From the NCBI GenBank assembly GCA_964572155.1, contig CAZNDZ010000002.1:83089-147088 (forward strand): a stretch of 64,000 nucleotides of DNA. The letters are read 5' to 3'. Source of the DNA: an uncultured Planctomycetales bacterium (GTDB lineage: Bacteria > Omnitrophota > Gorgyraeia > Zapsychrales > Fredricksoniimonadaceae). Position numbers and translations under genes: made by a program. A model generated the notes under the pieces. It was not told the origin of the DNA. It searched no databases and saw only the letters and a program-made list of their open reading frames with translations. Of the stretch, positions 26,689 through 36,262 are shown one piece after another. How positions within the stretch are numbered: position 1 is the stretch's first letter; each line of letters starts with the position of its first letter.

Positions 26689-26998
26689 AAAAAACTTTTC
26701 TTTTTCCAGTTAATAAGCTGCAGCTTTTTCTAATTCAATTTATTAATCAAATTTACCACCAAAGCCACAATAACACTTTTTTTGAGCCTACTTCTCTGCA
26801 ACAGTTGCAAATCTTGCAACAGTTCAATTAGTTTCAGCATAAAACATACTAATTAAACTCCCAAACCTTCTTAATCTCCTGTTCGCTAGGAATAACCCCT
26901 TTTAACTGTGCTGGCAACTTGTTTGTTAAACGGTATTCCCCAACGCCAACAGGACGTATAACGCTTTAATTATTAGTGCCTGGTACTATTTTTTAATT

Positions 26999-27412
26999 TT
27001 ATAATTTAGTAACGTTGCTTGCATTTTCTGTAGCAACATATTCTCCAGCAGATGTTTTACCCGCTTTAATCATTAATTTTCTTCCGACTCTGAATATGAA
27101 TGTGGATAGCACTGGTGTATCTTCGAATAATAGAGAGCTCGAGACTAATGGGTAAAAAACTATAATTTCATTTTCTGTAATAGGTCCTTCCAGGATTTTT
27201 GTAATTTTAAACCGAACCCCTTGATATGTAGCAAAACTGCCACACCAAATACCAGCTGAAGGAAGTCTCTCTAAAACAACTCCTTGAAACTTAACTTCTT
27301 GACAGTTTTCAACGCATGAATGATGAGGATAAGGTATCGCAGACTTATTGTCGGCAAAACTTAAACCATTCATGAAGCAAAAAATTATTAGGAAGACTAC
27401 TATTTTTATCAT
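26999..27412 (-). CDS. Small secreted hypothetical protein (~137 aa)
   Basis: Start chosen at the internal Met (MIKIVVFLIIFCFMNGLSFA signal peptide). The longer ORF-track N-terminus overlaps the upstream gene. Confidence 0.4.
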   Translation of the reverse strand: MIKIVVFLIIFCFMNGLSFADNKSAIPYPHHSCVENCQEVKFQGVVLERLPSAGIWCGSFATYQGVRFKITKILEGPITENEIIVFYPLVSSSLLFEDTPVLSTFIFRVGRKLMIKAGKTSAGEYVATENASNVTKL

Positions 27413-27425
27413 AATGAATGATTCA

Positions 27426-27932
27426 TTATTTCTTAGCACTCTTTTTCTTTGCTTTCTTAACCACAGCTTTCTTGACGACTGTCTTTTTAGCGACTGGTGC
27501 TTTCTTCTTACCCTTAACAGTTGGTTTAACAACATTAACTTCAACTGGCGGTTGAACTGCTTCAGGAAGTTTAACCTCATTATTTATTTTAGGTGCATTG
27601 CCTGACTTGCGTGCAGCGAAGCATTCTGGACAGTATACAGGTCGACCTGCTGTTGGTTTAAAGGGAAGTTCGCTATCTTTTCCACATTGGAAACATACAA
27701 TTGCAAACTTTGGTCTCGTATTCTGATGTTGTGGTGGTCGTATGGGTGCTGGAGACGCTGTCGGTACTGGACGTGGCGCGGCGGCAGCTTTTTGCATGGC
27801 TAAGGTCTGCGCTAAATCGGTTAATGATTTATTGATAAAATCATCAAATTTATTGTTAAGCACAGCTAATTGTTCTTGAATCTGGATCAGGACTTCTGTA
27901 GAATCGACATTTTTGGACGATTTTTTCTTCAT
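27426..27932 (-). CDS. Zn-ribbon protein with Ala/Pro-rich linker and lysine-rich histone-H1-like C-terminal tail
   Basis: CFQCG...17 aa...CPEC zinc ribbon. C-terminal KGKKKAPVAKKTVVKKAVVKKAKKKSAKK. Confidence 0.5.
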   Translation of the reverse strand: MKKKSSKNVDSTEVLIQIQEQLAVLNNKFDDFINKSLTDLAQTLAMQKAAAAPRPVPTASPAPIRPPQHQNTRPKFAIVCFQCGKDSELPFKPTAGRPVYCPECFAARKSGNAPKINNEVKLPEAVQPPVEVNVVKPTVKGKKKAPVAKKTVVKKAVVKKAKKKSAKK

Positions 27933-28029
27933 ATTATTCCTTTAAAATATGTACGGCATCAATATGGATTAACGGGAGATTATACAATCTTTGACGGGGA
28001 AAAGCAAAATTAATTAGGGCGATACACTA

Positions 28030-28347
28030 TTAATGAGTTGGCTGTAAACGGTAGTGTATATTTTCTTTTTTCTCTAATGCACAAATCACATCAAATAAGT
28101 TTGACGCTGTTGGGTTGCCGTTTGGGCTCAGCATGCGCATTAAACTTTTAGCATCTTTCTTTGTTAGTTTTGCTAGCTTATTAAACCCAACGATGGCATT
28201 AATATAATCTCTTAAGAGTGCTTTACCTGTTTGAAGGTCACCTGCGAGCATGCTTTCAATGCTTTCACGGAGCATACCTTCACGAAATTTAGGATCTCTT
28301 AATGCTCTTGCTTGTATCGTCTCTTTAAAATCTCGGGTTATGGCCAT
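28030..28347 (-). CDS. higA: Addiction-module antidote protein (HigA-like, TIGR02684-type)
   Basis: LRDYINAIVGFNKLAKLTKKDAKSLMRMLSPNGNPTASNLFDVICAL fits the antidote family pattern (GmxxlAkxtGlsRxSLyxxLSxxGNPxxxTL). Overlaps the toxin gene by 23 nt. Confidence 0.65.
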   Translation of the reverse strand: MAITRDFKETIQARALRDPKFREGMLRESIESMLAGDLQTGKALLRDYINAIVGFNKLAKLTKKDAKSLMRMLSPNGNPTASNLFDVICALEKKENIHYRLQPTH

Positions 28348-28675
28348 CGTTTAGATCCTTCTTCCTTTGTTTATATTCTTCCCAATACTCAATTGCTCGA
28401 TCAATGTCTTTATGTTGTCTTTGTTTTGTTCCGCCACCTAACAGGATGATTAACGTATTCCCGTCTTTTCCTACATAAACCCTGTACCCTGGACCCCAAT
28501 CAATGCGTATCTCTTGAAATGCACCCTTTATGGGTTTTAGACTTGAAATGTTTCCTGATGCAATACGATTTAAACTCGTATGTACTTTATTAGCCGCTTG
28601 CACGTCTAAACTGTTAAACCAGTCTGCAAAAGGACTCTTTCCATCCTCTGTAATGTACTCATCAATTCTAATCAT
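28325..28675 (-). CDS. higB: Addiction-module killer protein (HigB/RelE-superfamily toxin, TIGR02683-type)
   Basis: 116 aa. IRIDWGPGYRVYVGKDGNTLIILLGGGTKQRQHKDIDRAIEYW matches the toxin family. The toxin gene precedes the antitoxin gene (hig order). Confidence 0.7.
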   Translation of the reverse strand: MIRIDEYITEDGKSPFADWFNSLDVQAANKVHTSLNRIASGNISSLKPIKGAFQEIRIDWGPGYRVYVGKDGNTLIILLGGGTKQRQHKDIDRAIEYWEEYKQRKKDLNDGHNPRF

Positions 28676-28833
28676 AAGGTACCATTTATGTTACCAATTT
28701 GCAAGGAGTTAATTTCTGATAATGATTTGGGGGAATTATTAAATGCGTGCTGATTGGGGGAACCAGCAGTATTTAGATATTAATAGCTGAAATAAATTTT
28801 GTCAAATAATGAGTAAAAGCTAGACGTTAAAAC

Positions 28834-29193
28834 TTAAAACTGAGCTGTCCGTAGCAACACCAACGTACACGCTTCTAGCACAATGATGTCTTTATCTTTA
28901 GCTTGTTGGGCTAGATGTGGGTTTTCGGCGCCTGGGTTGAAGATGATTCTTCTGGGGTTGCACTTTAAGATGTCTTTTATTAGTCCGTCAGAAATGTCGG
29001 CTGACACGTACATGGTTATAGTGTCAATGCGTTCTGGAATGTCTGCAATATTTGCAAAAACATGGGTGCCTTCAATCGTCTTAATACGTTGATGGACTGG
29101 GAAGACATGATGCCCCTTCTCTTGTAATAGCTTTACAGCTTGATATGAATATCGATCCGGCTTATCAGACGCACCAATGACAGCAACGTTCAT
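28834..29193 (-). CDS. CoA-binding domain protein (YccU-like)
   Basis: MNVAVIGASDKPDRYSYQAVKLLQEKGHHVFPV matches the CoA-binding Rossmann-like signature. Confidence 0.7.
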   Translation of the reverse strand: MNVAVIGASDKPDRYSYQAVKLLQEKGHHVFPVHQRIKTIEGTHVFANIADIPERIDTITMYVSADISDGLIKDILKCNPRRIIFNPGAENPHLAQQAKDKDIIVLEACTLVLLRTAQF

Positions 29194-29222
29194 ATGTACC
29201 CTTTCTATATTCTTCGCCCTGC

Positions 29223-29696
29223 TTATTTTATTTCTGCAAGCAAGGCATTAAGATCAAGCGACTTAGTATACATGTATACATTTCCTTTATCATCACGCGG
29301 CCATTCTGATTGAGGGCGATCTCGGTATATTTCTATGCCGTTCTGATCTGGGTCATTTAAATAAATCGCTTCGCTCACACCATGATCCGCAGCACCCTCG
29401 ATTGGCCATTGATGATCTATTAAACGTTTGAATGAACGGGCTAATTCTATGCGATCTGGGACGAGGATTGCAAAATGATATAAGCCGGTGGTGTTTGGCG
29501 CAGGTGCACTGCCATCCTTGCTCTCCCATGTGTTTAAACCAATATGGTGATGATACCCACCTGCTGATAAAAATGCAGCCTGCTTGCCTAAACGCGTCAC
29601 AACATCAAAACCAATAACATCTTTATAGAAAGTTATCGCTCTTTCTAAGTCAGAAACTTTTAAGTGAACATGACCTATTTGTGTTTTTGAATGCAT
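29223..29696 (-). CDS. VOC family protein (glyoxalase/bleomycin resistance/extradiol dioxygenase fold)
   Basis: Pattern HVHLKVSDLERAITFYKDVIGF...YHHHIGLN is typical of the VOC superfamily. Confidence 0.7.
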   Translation of the reverse strand: MHSKTQIGHVHLKVSDLERAITFYKDVIGFDVVTRLGKQAAFLSAGGYHHHIGLNTWESKDGSAPAPNTTGLYHFAILVPDRIELARSFKRLIDHQWPIEGAADHGVSEAIYLNDPDQNGIEIYRDRPQSEWPRDDKGNVYMYTKSLDLNALLAEIK

Positions 29697-29720
29697 ATAT
29701 TTAAAATTATTCCTACTTTT

Positions 29721-30473
29721 CTATCGAATAACAACTTTTGTCCCTATAGGTATTATATCGTACAACTCTTCAACATCACGATTTTTCATCCGCACACAGC
29801 CACCTGATACGCTTTGACCTATAAGTTCTGGGTAAATGGTGCCATGAATGCCATATTTCTCTTTATTGAAACCAAGCCATCGTGTTCCTAAGAAATTCTC
29901 AGGACTTCCTGCCGGAACAATAACCCCTCGATGAAACCAAATGGGATTAGGATAACGGTCCTTAATCACAAATTCACCTATAGGCGTTGTGGTTTCAGAC
30001 TTACCTGTCGAGACAGCATATGTTTTAAGCGTCTTATTGTTTAAGAATAGTTTCAAACGATTTGTTGTCTTATCGACTTCTACCCTAAATGGCGCTGTCC
30101 ACAATGAAAGCTTCTGACCAACTATGATGGTATCACCTTTTAACTTATTTCTTTTTTGAATAAGCTCAACCGTTGTACTAAATTCTTTTGCAATCTTACC
30201 TAATGTATCGCCAGTTTTGACAACATATAATTGAGCCTCAGGCGTATTGATGTTTGAATGGATAATTTCAAACATCACATGCTCCCACTCTTTAACAAAT
30301 GTCTCAAATTCAGCCACCTCTGATGGATTGCTTAAGATCTGTTCCAGAATGCGACGCTCTTCGATCAAATTTTTAGATTGATGCGCGACGATTAACTTTG
30401 CGTGTAACGAGGATTCTTGTGCGTATAAATGGGTGGCATTAAAAATTAATATCAAAAAGATAATTAATTTCAT
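29721..30473 (-). CDS. LysM domain-containing L,D-transpeptidase (YkuD family)
   Basis: LysM (YVVKTGDTLGKIAKEF...IVGQKLSL) plus catalytic YGIHGT...SGGCVRM motif. Signal peptide present. Confidence 0.8.
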   Translation of the reverse strand: MKLIIFLILIFNATHLYAQESSLHAKLIVAHQSKNLIEERRILEQILSNPSEVAEFETFVKEWEHVMFEIIHSNINTPEAQLYVVKTGDTLGKIAKEFSTTVELIQKRNKLKGDTIIVGQKLSLWTAPFRVEVDKTTNRLKLFLNNKTLKTYAVSTGKSETTTPIGEFVIKDRYPNPIWFHRGVIVPAGSPENFLGTRWLGFNKEKYGIHGTIYPELIGQSVSGGCVRMKNRDVEELYDIIPIGTKVVIR

Positions 30474-30916
30474 TGTTTCTGTCTTTGATAATAGGCATCC
30501 GATAGAAACTTGGCTTTTTCAAAACGGTTAATGATGCGAAATGTGATGAAGTAAAACAATGGTTTGATCGGATTAGTAAATTGATCACACAGTAAATGTA
30601 CGGACAAACCAACGGCGAAGCCCAATGCAATCGGACCTAACTGAAAATACCAGATTGCTAACCACAAGATAACTAAATACTCATAGGCGTGAAAATACAA
30701 ATACAATTTCTTCGCTTTACTAAATTCACAGAAATCTAATAAATCGCGATATCGAAAAGGAAATTTTTTCTCAATGATGTAGTATTCAAGATAATGATCA
30801 ATGTCTATTAAGACGCCACTAAAAAAACAACATGCGGCACCTGTCCATGAATGCGTTACAGTTTGAAATCCCGCTGCCAAACCTGCTGATACCATCACAT
30901 GATAACTAGCTTTCAT
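30470..30916 (-). CDS. Membrane-bound metal-dependent hydrolase (YdjM/DUF457-like)
   Basis: Multi-TM protein with DIDH and HLLCD His/Asp clusters. Confidence 0.45.
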   Translation of the reverse strand: MKASYHVMVSAGLAAGFQTVTHSWTGAACCFFSGVLIDIDHYLEYYIIEKKFPFRYRDLLDFCEFSKAKKLYLYFHAYEYLVILWLAIWYFQLGPIALGFAVGLSVHLLCDQFTNPIKPLFYFITFRIINRFEKAKFLSDAYYQRQKQ

Positions 30917-31172
30917 AAGCGTTGATTAACTCTTCTTTTTTTTGGCGCGTTAATTGTTTAATTTTTATTTCTGCCTTAAGTGCTGCACTTAAAGATCGTA
31001 ATCTTTTTAAATACACCAGCGTAACTGGGCCCTTACCTCTTAAATATTTTGCACCTTTGCCACTATTATGCTCTTCTAATCTTTTTTTGATGTCGACAGT
31101 GTAGCCCGTATAATACGTGCCTAATCGACATTGCACTATATAGACCACATACTTGGCAGAAGATTGCTTCAT
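30906..31172 (-). CDS. GIY-YIG nuclease family protein (YhbQ/UPF0213-like)
   Basis: YVVYIVQCRLGTYYTGYT...RLEEHN is a GIY-YIG motif. 88 aa. Confidence 0.7.
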   Translation of the reverse strand: MKQSSAKYVVYIVQCRLGTYYTGYTVDIKKRLEEHNSGKGAKYLRGKGPVTLVYLKRLRSLSAALKAEIKIKQLTRQKKEELINAYES

Positions 31173-32740
31173 TTAAGGATGCTATTTAAAAGACCTTTGA
31201 TGGTTTCTTTTGAAGAATCCCCTAAGATATTGCCGAGTTCTGGATTCTTTTCAATAACCTTATCCAGCTGTTCACCCAAGGCATTGGTTGCTTCGCTGGT
31301 CGCTACTTTCTTAGCAATGTCATTTACATCCGCACTAAAGCCAACTTTAGGGACGATGCCTGAAATGCGCCCTGAAATTTGTATCGATCCATTATCATTC
31401 AACAAGCCTTCTATTTGCTTTACAGATTTAATTAATTTAGATGAGAGCTCTTTTTCAATCATGGCTTTAACAGGGATATCCACTTGCATATTAGCCAAAG
31501 CAACCGCACCTTGCGCCTCAAGAGAAACTTGATCCATACTAAGAGTAAATTTTTGAATCTTATAATTTCCTTTTGCAATGGTGCTCTTTAATTCAGACCC
31601 ATTGATGATTGTTTTATTGGACATTTGCAGATCAGGCAAATTACCTTTGGTCGCTTCAAGCAAGACGGGCCCAACAACAGGGACAGCACTTAATTGATTT
31701 AAAAGAGCTTTGGTTACATTAAAATCTTTAATCTCTCCTTCTAAAACAAGGGCATCAACCCTTCCTGATAAATCGGGTTTGGATAAATCCATCTCAATTT
31801 CACTATAAATGGAATTAAGACCAATCGTAATATCAGCTTCTTTAAAACTTAACTGCTGTAATCTTACCTTAGCATTCACACCACTTAAACCTTTTGCAGA
31901 CACATTGATCGGTTCTAGCGTTGCACTCAAGGCCCCTGCAACGTTTGAAGGCCATGGCATTTGAGCGAGCGATGGCAACGCCACTTTAACGTGTTGCATA
32001 TTAAGCAAGGCCAAATCGCTGTTAACGCTCAAATCTTTAACTTGAGCTGACTGTTTAAGAGCATCAATAGACACTTTGGCTTTAACAAAAAAATTAACAG
32101 TTTGTGATAAAACAGCAGCTTGCAGTGCAATAGGAAAATCTTGTGTTAATGAGAAATCGTCGATATTAACATTGACCTTATCAACAATGATACGCATCGG
32201 CATATCTGGCGCTTTATCCGTGTAATCGACAACGCCGTTAATGATCGAAATACGGCGAACAATAAAATCTGGGATTGTTGGACTCGAAGATGTTGCAACA
32301 TTTGTCGTCGATGTTGATGATGATTCTGTTGACTTAGGTCCAATGGCTGCGGCATTGATCATTCCTTTTTCATCACGAATAATATTCACATGAAGATTAG
32401 ACAATTGCATGGATGTAATAACAATACCATGTTTAAAGATAAGCTCATTAAGATCTAAGGTTGCATCAATTTGTCCTATCTTCAAAAATGCTTCTGGACC
32501 AAAACGCGCATCTTCAGCAACAAGGACATTAATAATGTTTAAATCAACACCTTTCGAAAGACTTAAACTTAACTTTGCTTTTTCTATCAAAACTTGACGA
32601 CCTAAGGCGTTTGACGCTTGAGTGGTAATTGGCCCTAAATATTTATTCAAATCAAATGTGCTAATAAAAATGAAGACGGCCACAATCAATACAACGATTA
32701 AGGCTACAATTCCTAATAAAACGTTCTTTAAGATTTTCAT
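31169..32740 (-). CDS. asmA: AsmA family outer-membrane assembly protein
   Basis: N-terminal TM anchor, then long beta-rich region. AsmA-like N-terminus (KILKNVLLGIVALIVVLIVAVFIF). Confidence 0.65.
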   Translation of the reverse strand: MKILKNVLLGIVALIVVLIVAVFIFISTFDLNKYLGPITTQASNALGRQVLIEKAKLSLSLSKGVDLNIINVLVAEDARFGPEAFLKIGQIDATLDLNELIFKHGIVITSMQLSNLHVNIIRDEKGMINAAAIGPKSTESSSTSTTNVATSSSPTIPDFIVRRISIINGVVDYTDKAPDMPMRIIVDKVNVNIDDFSLTQDFPIALQAAVLSQTVNFFVKAKVSIDALKQSAQVKDLSVNSDLALLNMQHVKVALPSLAQMPWPSNVAGALSATLEPINVSAKGLSGVNAKVRLQQLSFKEADITIGLNSIYSEIEMDLSKPDLSGRVDALVLEGEIKDFNVTKALLNQLSAVPVVGPVLLEATKGNLPDLQMSNKTIINGSELKSTIAKGNYKIQKFTLSMDQVSLEAQGAVALANMQVDIPVKAMIEKELSSKLIKSVKQIEGLLNDNGSIQISGRISGIVPKVGFSADVNDIAKKVATSEATNALGEQLDKVIEKNPELGNILGDSSKETIKGLLNSILK

Positions 32741-33222
32741 CGCTTATTCTTCTTTCTTAATTTGGGCCAATGTTCTTCCCCTAAGATATACCCAACACAT
32801 CGATGTGTATTACAATGGCATTTATGATCTTCATAGCTATCAATGCCATATCCATAATTATAGAAAATCTCTTCGCCCTTGCGTATGTCTTTGACCGCAA
32901 TGATCCAGATTTTTCCACGAATGATTTCAGGCATGGCATTTGGATCACAGGAATGATTGATATATCGGGCTTTATTATAGGGCACATTGCCGTCGATATC
33001 ATGGCGTTTATTTAACTCAAAAATATAGACAGCACCTAGCGTTGTATTCTCCTTATGCAAACTAACACGTTTTTCACCGCGAATCTCAGCTTCTGCTTTT
33101 GTGATGCGTTCGCCAACATATTCAATGATACGTGTGCCTTTAGGAATATCTTTCTTTGCAAAAACACCACGCCCATGAATCGCTGAATTACGCACAGTAA
33201 TATAAGGATTGATCGTACTCAT
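32737..33222 (-). CDS. SET domain protein-lysine methyltransferase (small bacterial SET)
   Basis: YINHSCDPNA, EEIFYNYGY and post-SET CHCNTHRC motifs. Confidence 0.75.
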   Translation of the reverse strand: MSTINPYITVRNSAIHGRGVFAKKDIPKGTRIIEYVGERITKAEAEIRGEKRVSLHKENTTLGAVYIFELNKRHDIDGNVPYNKARYINHSCDPNAMPEIIRGKIWIIAVKDIRKGEEIFYNYGYGIDSYEDHKCHCNTHRCVGYILGEEHWPKLRKKNKR

Positions 33223-34088
33223 GTTGCCTTCACTCCTGATTTATCATGAATATGTAACATTGATGCACCAAAAATAATAAGACCTATACTGCAAAGTCTC
33301 CAGATTGAAATTTGCTCTGCAAAGATAAATGCCCCTGCGACAACCGTCATCCCATTGACGACAGCTAATTGTACAGGGATAATTACAGATGCTCTGCCGC
33401 GTTGAAATGCAACCTGTAAAATCACAATACCTGCGGCATTGGCTGCGATCATAAAAGGCAAAATTGGGTTTATGATCATGGCCGATGACGCTAAGTGTTG
33501 ACCTTGCATATAAATGTAGCTGGTCATCGCTTTGGTTAACACTGCCCCTACACCAAAACCAATCCCGACGATGATTGCCAACGGCACTTCTTGACGCTGA
33601 GTTCGGCTCGCTAACAATTTAAAAACAAACCAAGCCAATACAGCAAACGTTAAGAAAACAAAAAGCCTAGGCCAATCAAGCCCGATCGGCAAAACAACTT
33701 TGGCTTCAACGGATAACATCATGGCACCAATAACTGTAATACCTAAACCAAATCCCTCCATCAACCTTAGGCGTTCTTTTAAAAAAACCAAGGCTAATAA
33801 AACCAAGAATAAATCGCCAATCGACATTAACGGTTGAACGATGCTTATATCGCCTATATCTGCAGCTTTAATAAACAGAACCCAACCAACAACGGTTAAG
33901 ATGAATCCCGACATCCATTTTACTGATGTCAAAAATCCTATGATCACAACCAATGGCTTAGCTTTTCCGATGATGGGCAATTCATCTGCAGCAATCTTCC
34001 AAAGAAAATAACCCACTTGAATGGCAAGTGTGGCTAGTAATGCAAAAACGACGACTTTCAAATTTTCTCCGATACAGGCTTCATCCAA
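33219..34088 (-). CDS. DMT/EamA family transporter
   Basis: 289 aa, ~10 TM. Duplicated EamA-like halves. Confidence 0.55.
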   Translation of the reverse strand: MDEACIGENLKVVVFALLATLAIQVGYFLWKIAADELPIIGKAKPLVVIIGFLTSVKWMSGFILTVVGWVLFIKAADIGDISIVQPLMSIGDLFLVLLALVFLKERLRLMEGFGLGITVIGAMMLSVEAKVVLPIGLDWPRLFVFLTFAVLAWFVFKLLASRTQRQEVPLAIIVGIGFGVGAVLTKAMTSYIYMQGQHLASSAMIINPILPFMIAANAAGIVILQVAFQRGRASVIIPVQLAVVNGMTVVAGAFIFAEQISIWRLCSIGLIIFGASMLHIHDKSGVKAT

Positions 34089-35296
34089 TGACGCCCATTA
34101 ACCACACGCGAAACCAGCATCCCACAAACATTATCACCAATGACATTCACCATGGTTGCTGGTGGATCAACCAAAGTTCCCAACATGGTGATGATGGGCA
34201 TAGCTTCCATCGGAAATCCAAAGATAGTGATGATCAATATTTCTCCAAGCATGCCTCCCGACGGGATCCCACTGATAACTGTTCCGCATAATAACGCAAC
34301 TCCTATAACCGCCGCAAATGTGCCTATGCCTTCAAAAGGCATATTAAAAATACCAAACAAGAGTGCGATTTTAATAACAGCTGCCAAACACGAACCATCG
34401 CTATGAACAGAGGCGCCAATGTTAACAACCATTTCACGCACATCTTCTGGCATACCAATGCGCTTAGCCGCTTGCAAATTAAGTGGTAATGTGGCCAAAC
34501 CACTCCCTGTTCCCCACGCTGTTAATGCTGGTGGTAAAATATTACTCCAAAAGACTTTTATGCCTTTAAATCCACCTGAAAGCCAGGTATAAAGTGTAAA
34601 CATAACTGCACAATAAACAAACGCTAAGGGATAATACAATGATACAGCTCTTAAATACGTTCCAAACAATTGCGTTCCAAATGTTCCAACCAAATAGGCA
34701 AAATATGCACCTAGTCCAATGGGCGCATATAACATCACATAACCAATAACCTTTGTCATCACTTCATTACCGGCTGATAAAAAACGCGCAACCATTTTTC
34801 CCCGTACGCCGGCGGCACTCGTCGCCAAACCCACCATAAATGAGAAAAGAATCAACGCTAACATGTTATTTTTAGAAAATAATTCTTTAAAATCAGGAAC
34901 AGTCAAGGTGCGAACCAACTGCTGACCCAAATCAATGTGCTCAGGTTTTACAGGTTGAGCCATATTGATTTGAACACCTAATGCAGGCGGATAAAGTACA
35001 ACGCCAATGAGCATGACAATCGATGCTATGATGCCCGTCACAACAAAAACAATCAACATAACCCCAGATATCTTGCCCAAACGTCGCACATCTTTAACAT
35101 TAGCAACCGTCGATGATATCGAAAAGAATACCAAAGGCACCACAACCGTAAAAAGTAAATTAAGGAAAATATCACCGAAAGGTTTTAATACCACCGCATT
35201 TTCTTTGGCTGCTAGCCCAAGCAAAGAACCAATGAGAATGGCTAAGATCAACAGGAATGAAAAACCATATGCTTTGATAAAAGATTGTTTCTTCAT
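34058..35296 (-). CDS. Dicarboxylate/amino acid:cation symporter (DAACS/GltP family)
   Basis: 412 aa with the polytopic pattern typical of GltP/SstT family transporters. Confidence 0.7.
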   Translation of the reverse strand: MKKQSFIKAYGFSFLLILAILIGSLLGLAAKENAVVLKPFGDIFLNLLFTVVVPLVFFSISSTVANVKDVRRLGKISGVMLIVFVVTGIIASIVMLIGVVLYPPALGVQINMAQPVKPEHIDLGQQLVRTLTVPDFKELFSKNNMLALILFSFMVGLATSAAGVRGKMVARFLSAGNEVMTKVIGYVMLYAPIGLGAYFAYLVGTFGTQLFGTYLRAVSLYYPLAFVYCAVMFTLYTWLSGGFKGIKVFWSNILPPALTAWGTGSGLATLPLNLQAAKRIGMPEDVREMVVNIGASVHSDGSCLAAVIKIALLFGIFNMPFEGIGTFAAVIGVALLCGTVISGIPSGGMLGEILIITIFGFPMEAMPIITMLGTLVDPPATMVNVIGDNVCGMLVSRVVNGRHWMKPVSEKI

Positions 35297-35865
35297 TGAA
35301 GATTTTTCTCAATACGTTTATCTGGAACCAACCATATCAATGCCACAAGCACATAGAACATGCTTGAAAATAATGTATTTATGAATGTTGCTAATATGCC
35401 CAACACATAAAACACAATAGATAACTTTCCTTTGAAGTCTTTCCCCAAAGCTTTCGCAAGCAATGAATCTTTGCCATCCGCATGAATTAAAACCTTAGTC
35501 AGAATAAAATACGCACATGCAGCAAAAAATAACACTAGTCCATAAACAGCGACAGGCAGTGGCGCAAAGTTGTTCTCTCCCATCCAGCCCGTGGTAAACG
35601 GAATCAATGACAACCAAAACAATAAATGCAAGTTTGCCCACAACACAGCACCATTGATATGACGCACCGCATGAAACAAATGATGATGATTATTCCAATA
35701 AATTCCTAAATAAATAAAACTCAATATATAGCAAAAGAAAACAGGCAACATTCGCCGCAGGGCATGAAAATCAGCCCCATGGGGAACCTTCATCTCTAAA
35801 ACCATAATGGTGATGATGATCGCGATCACGCCATCGCTAAATGCTTCAAGTCTAGATTTCGTCAA
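35293..35865 (-). CDS. TMEM175/DUF1211 family potassium-channel homologue
   Basis: RLEAFSDGVIAIIITIMVLE is the signature TM1 (FSDGV) of the TMEM175 family. Confidence 0.65.
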   Translation of the reverse strand: MTKSRLEAFSDGVIAIIITIMVLEMKVPHGADFHALRRMLPVFFCYILSFIYLGIYWNNHHHLFHAVRHINGAVLWANLHLLFWLSLIPFTTGWMGENNFAPLPVAVYGLVLFFAACAYFILTKVLIHADGKDSLLAKALGKDFKGKLSIVFYVLGILATFINTLFSSMFYVLVALIWLVPDKRIEKNLQ

Positions 35866-36262
35866 AGTGCATCCCCTCCTCTGATTCTACAACGGCATGT
35901 TTCTTTAAATCTGCTATCTTAACAACTTCTAAGGTTGCAATATGTGTCGATGAAAGAACAACATTGGGCGCAGCATCATGCTCAAAAGCTTCTTGCCAAC
36001 GCAACGCACATAAACACCATTGATCGCCCGCAATTAACCCAGGAAAATCATACTCTGGCATCGGTGTGGATAAATCATTGCCCGCTCTTTTTGAAAATGC
36101 TAGAAATGCGTCCGTAACGCGAATGCAAACAGTATGCATCCCCGCATCATCAGGCCCGGTATTACAAGACCCATCGCGATAAAAACCTGTCATCGGAAAT
36201 TTACAACAAGGGTTTAATTTACCACCCAACACATTGATTGATTCATACATGCACAACCTCAC
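35852..36262 (-). CDS. DUF2237 family protein
   Basis: NVLGGKLNPCC...GFYRDGSC...AGMHTVC...WCLCALRW Cys pattern typical of DUF2237. Confidence 0.55.
   Translation of the reverse strand: MRLCMYESINVLGGKLNPCCKFPMTGFYRDGSCNTGPDDAGMHTVCIRVTDAFLAFSKRAGNDLSTPMPEYDFPGLIAGDQWCLCALRWQEAFEHDAAPNVVLSSTHIATLEVVKIADLKKHAVVESEEGMHFDEI

Noticed and set aside
9169-28700. Complete prophage
   Set aside because: No capsid, portal, terminase, tail or lysis genes. The content is recombinase plus defence/TA cargo, so it is a defence island or degenerate integrative element.
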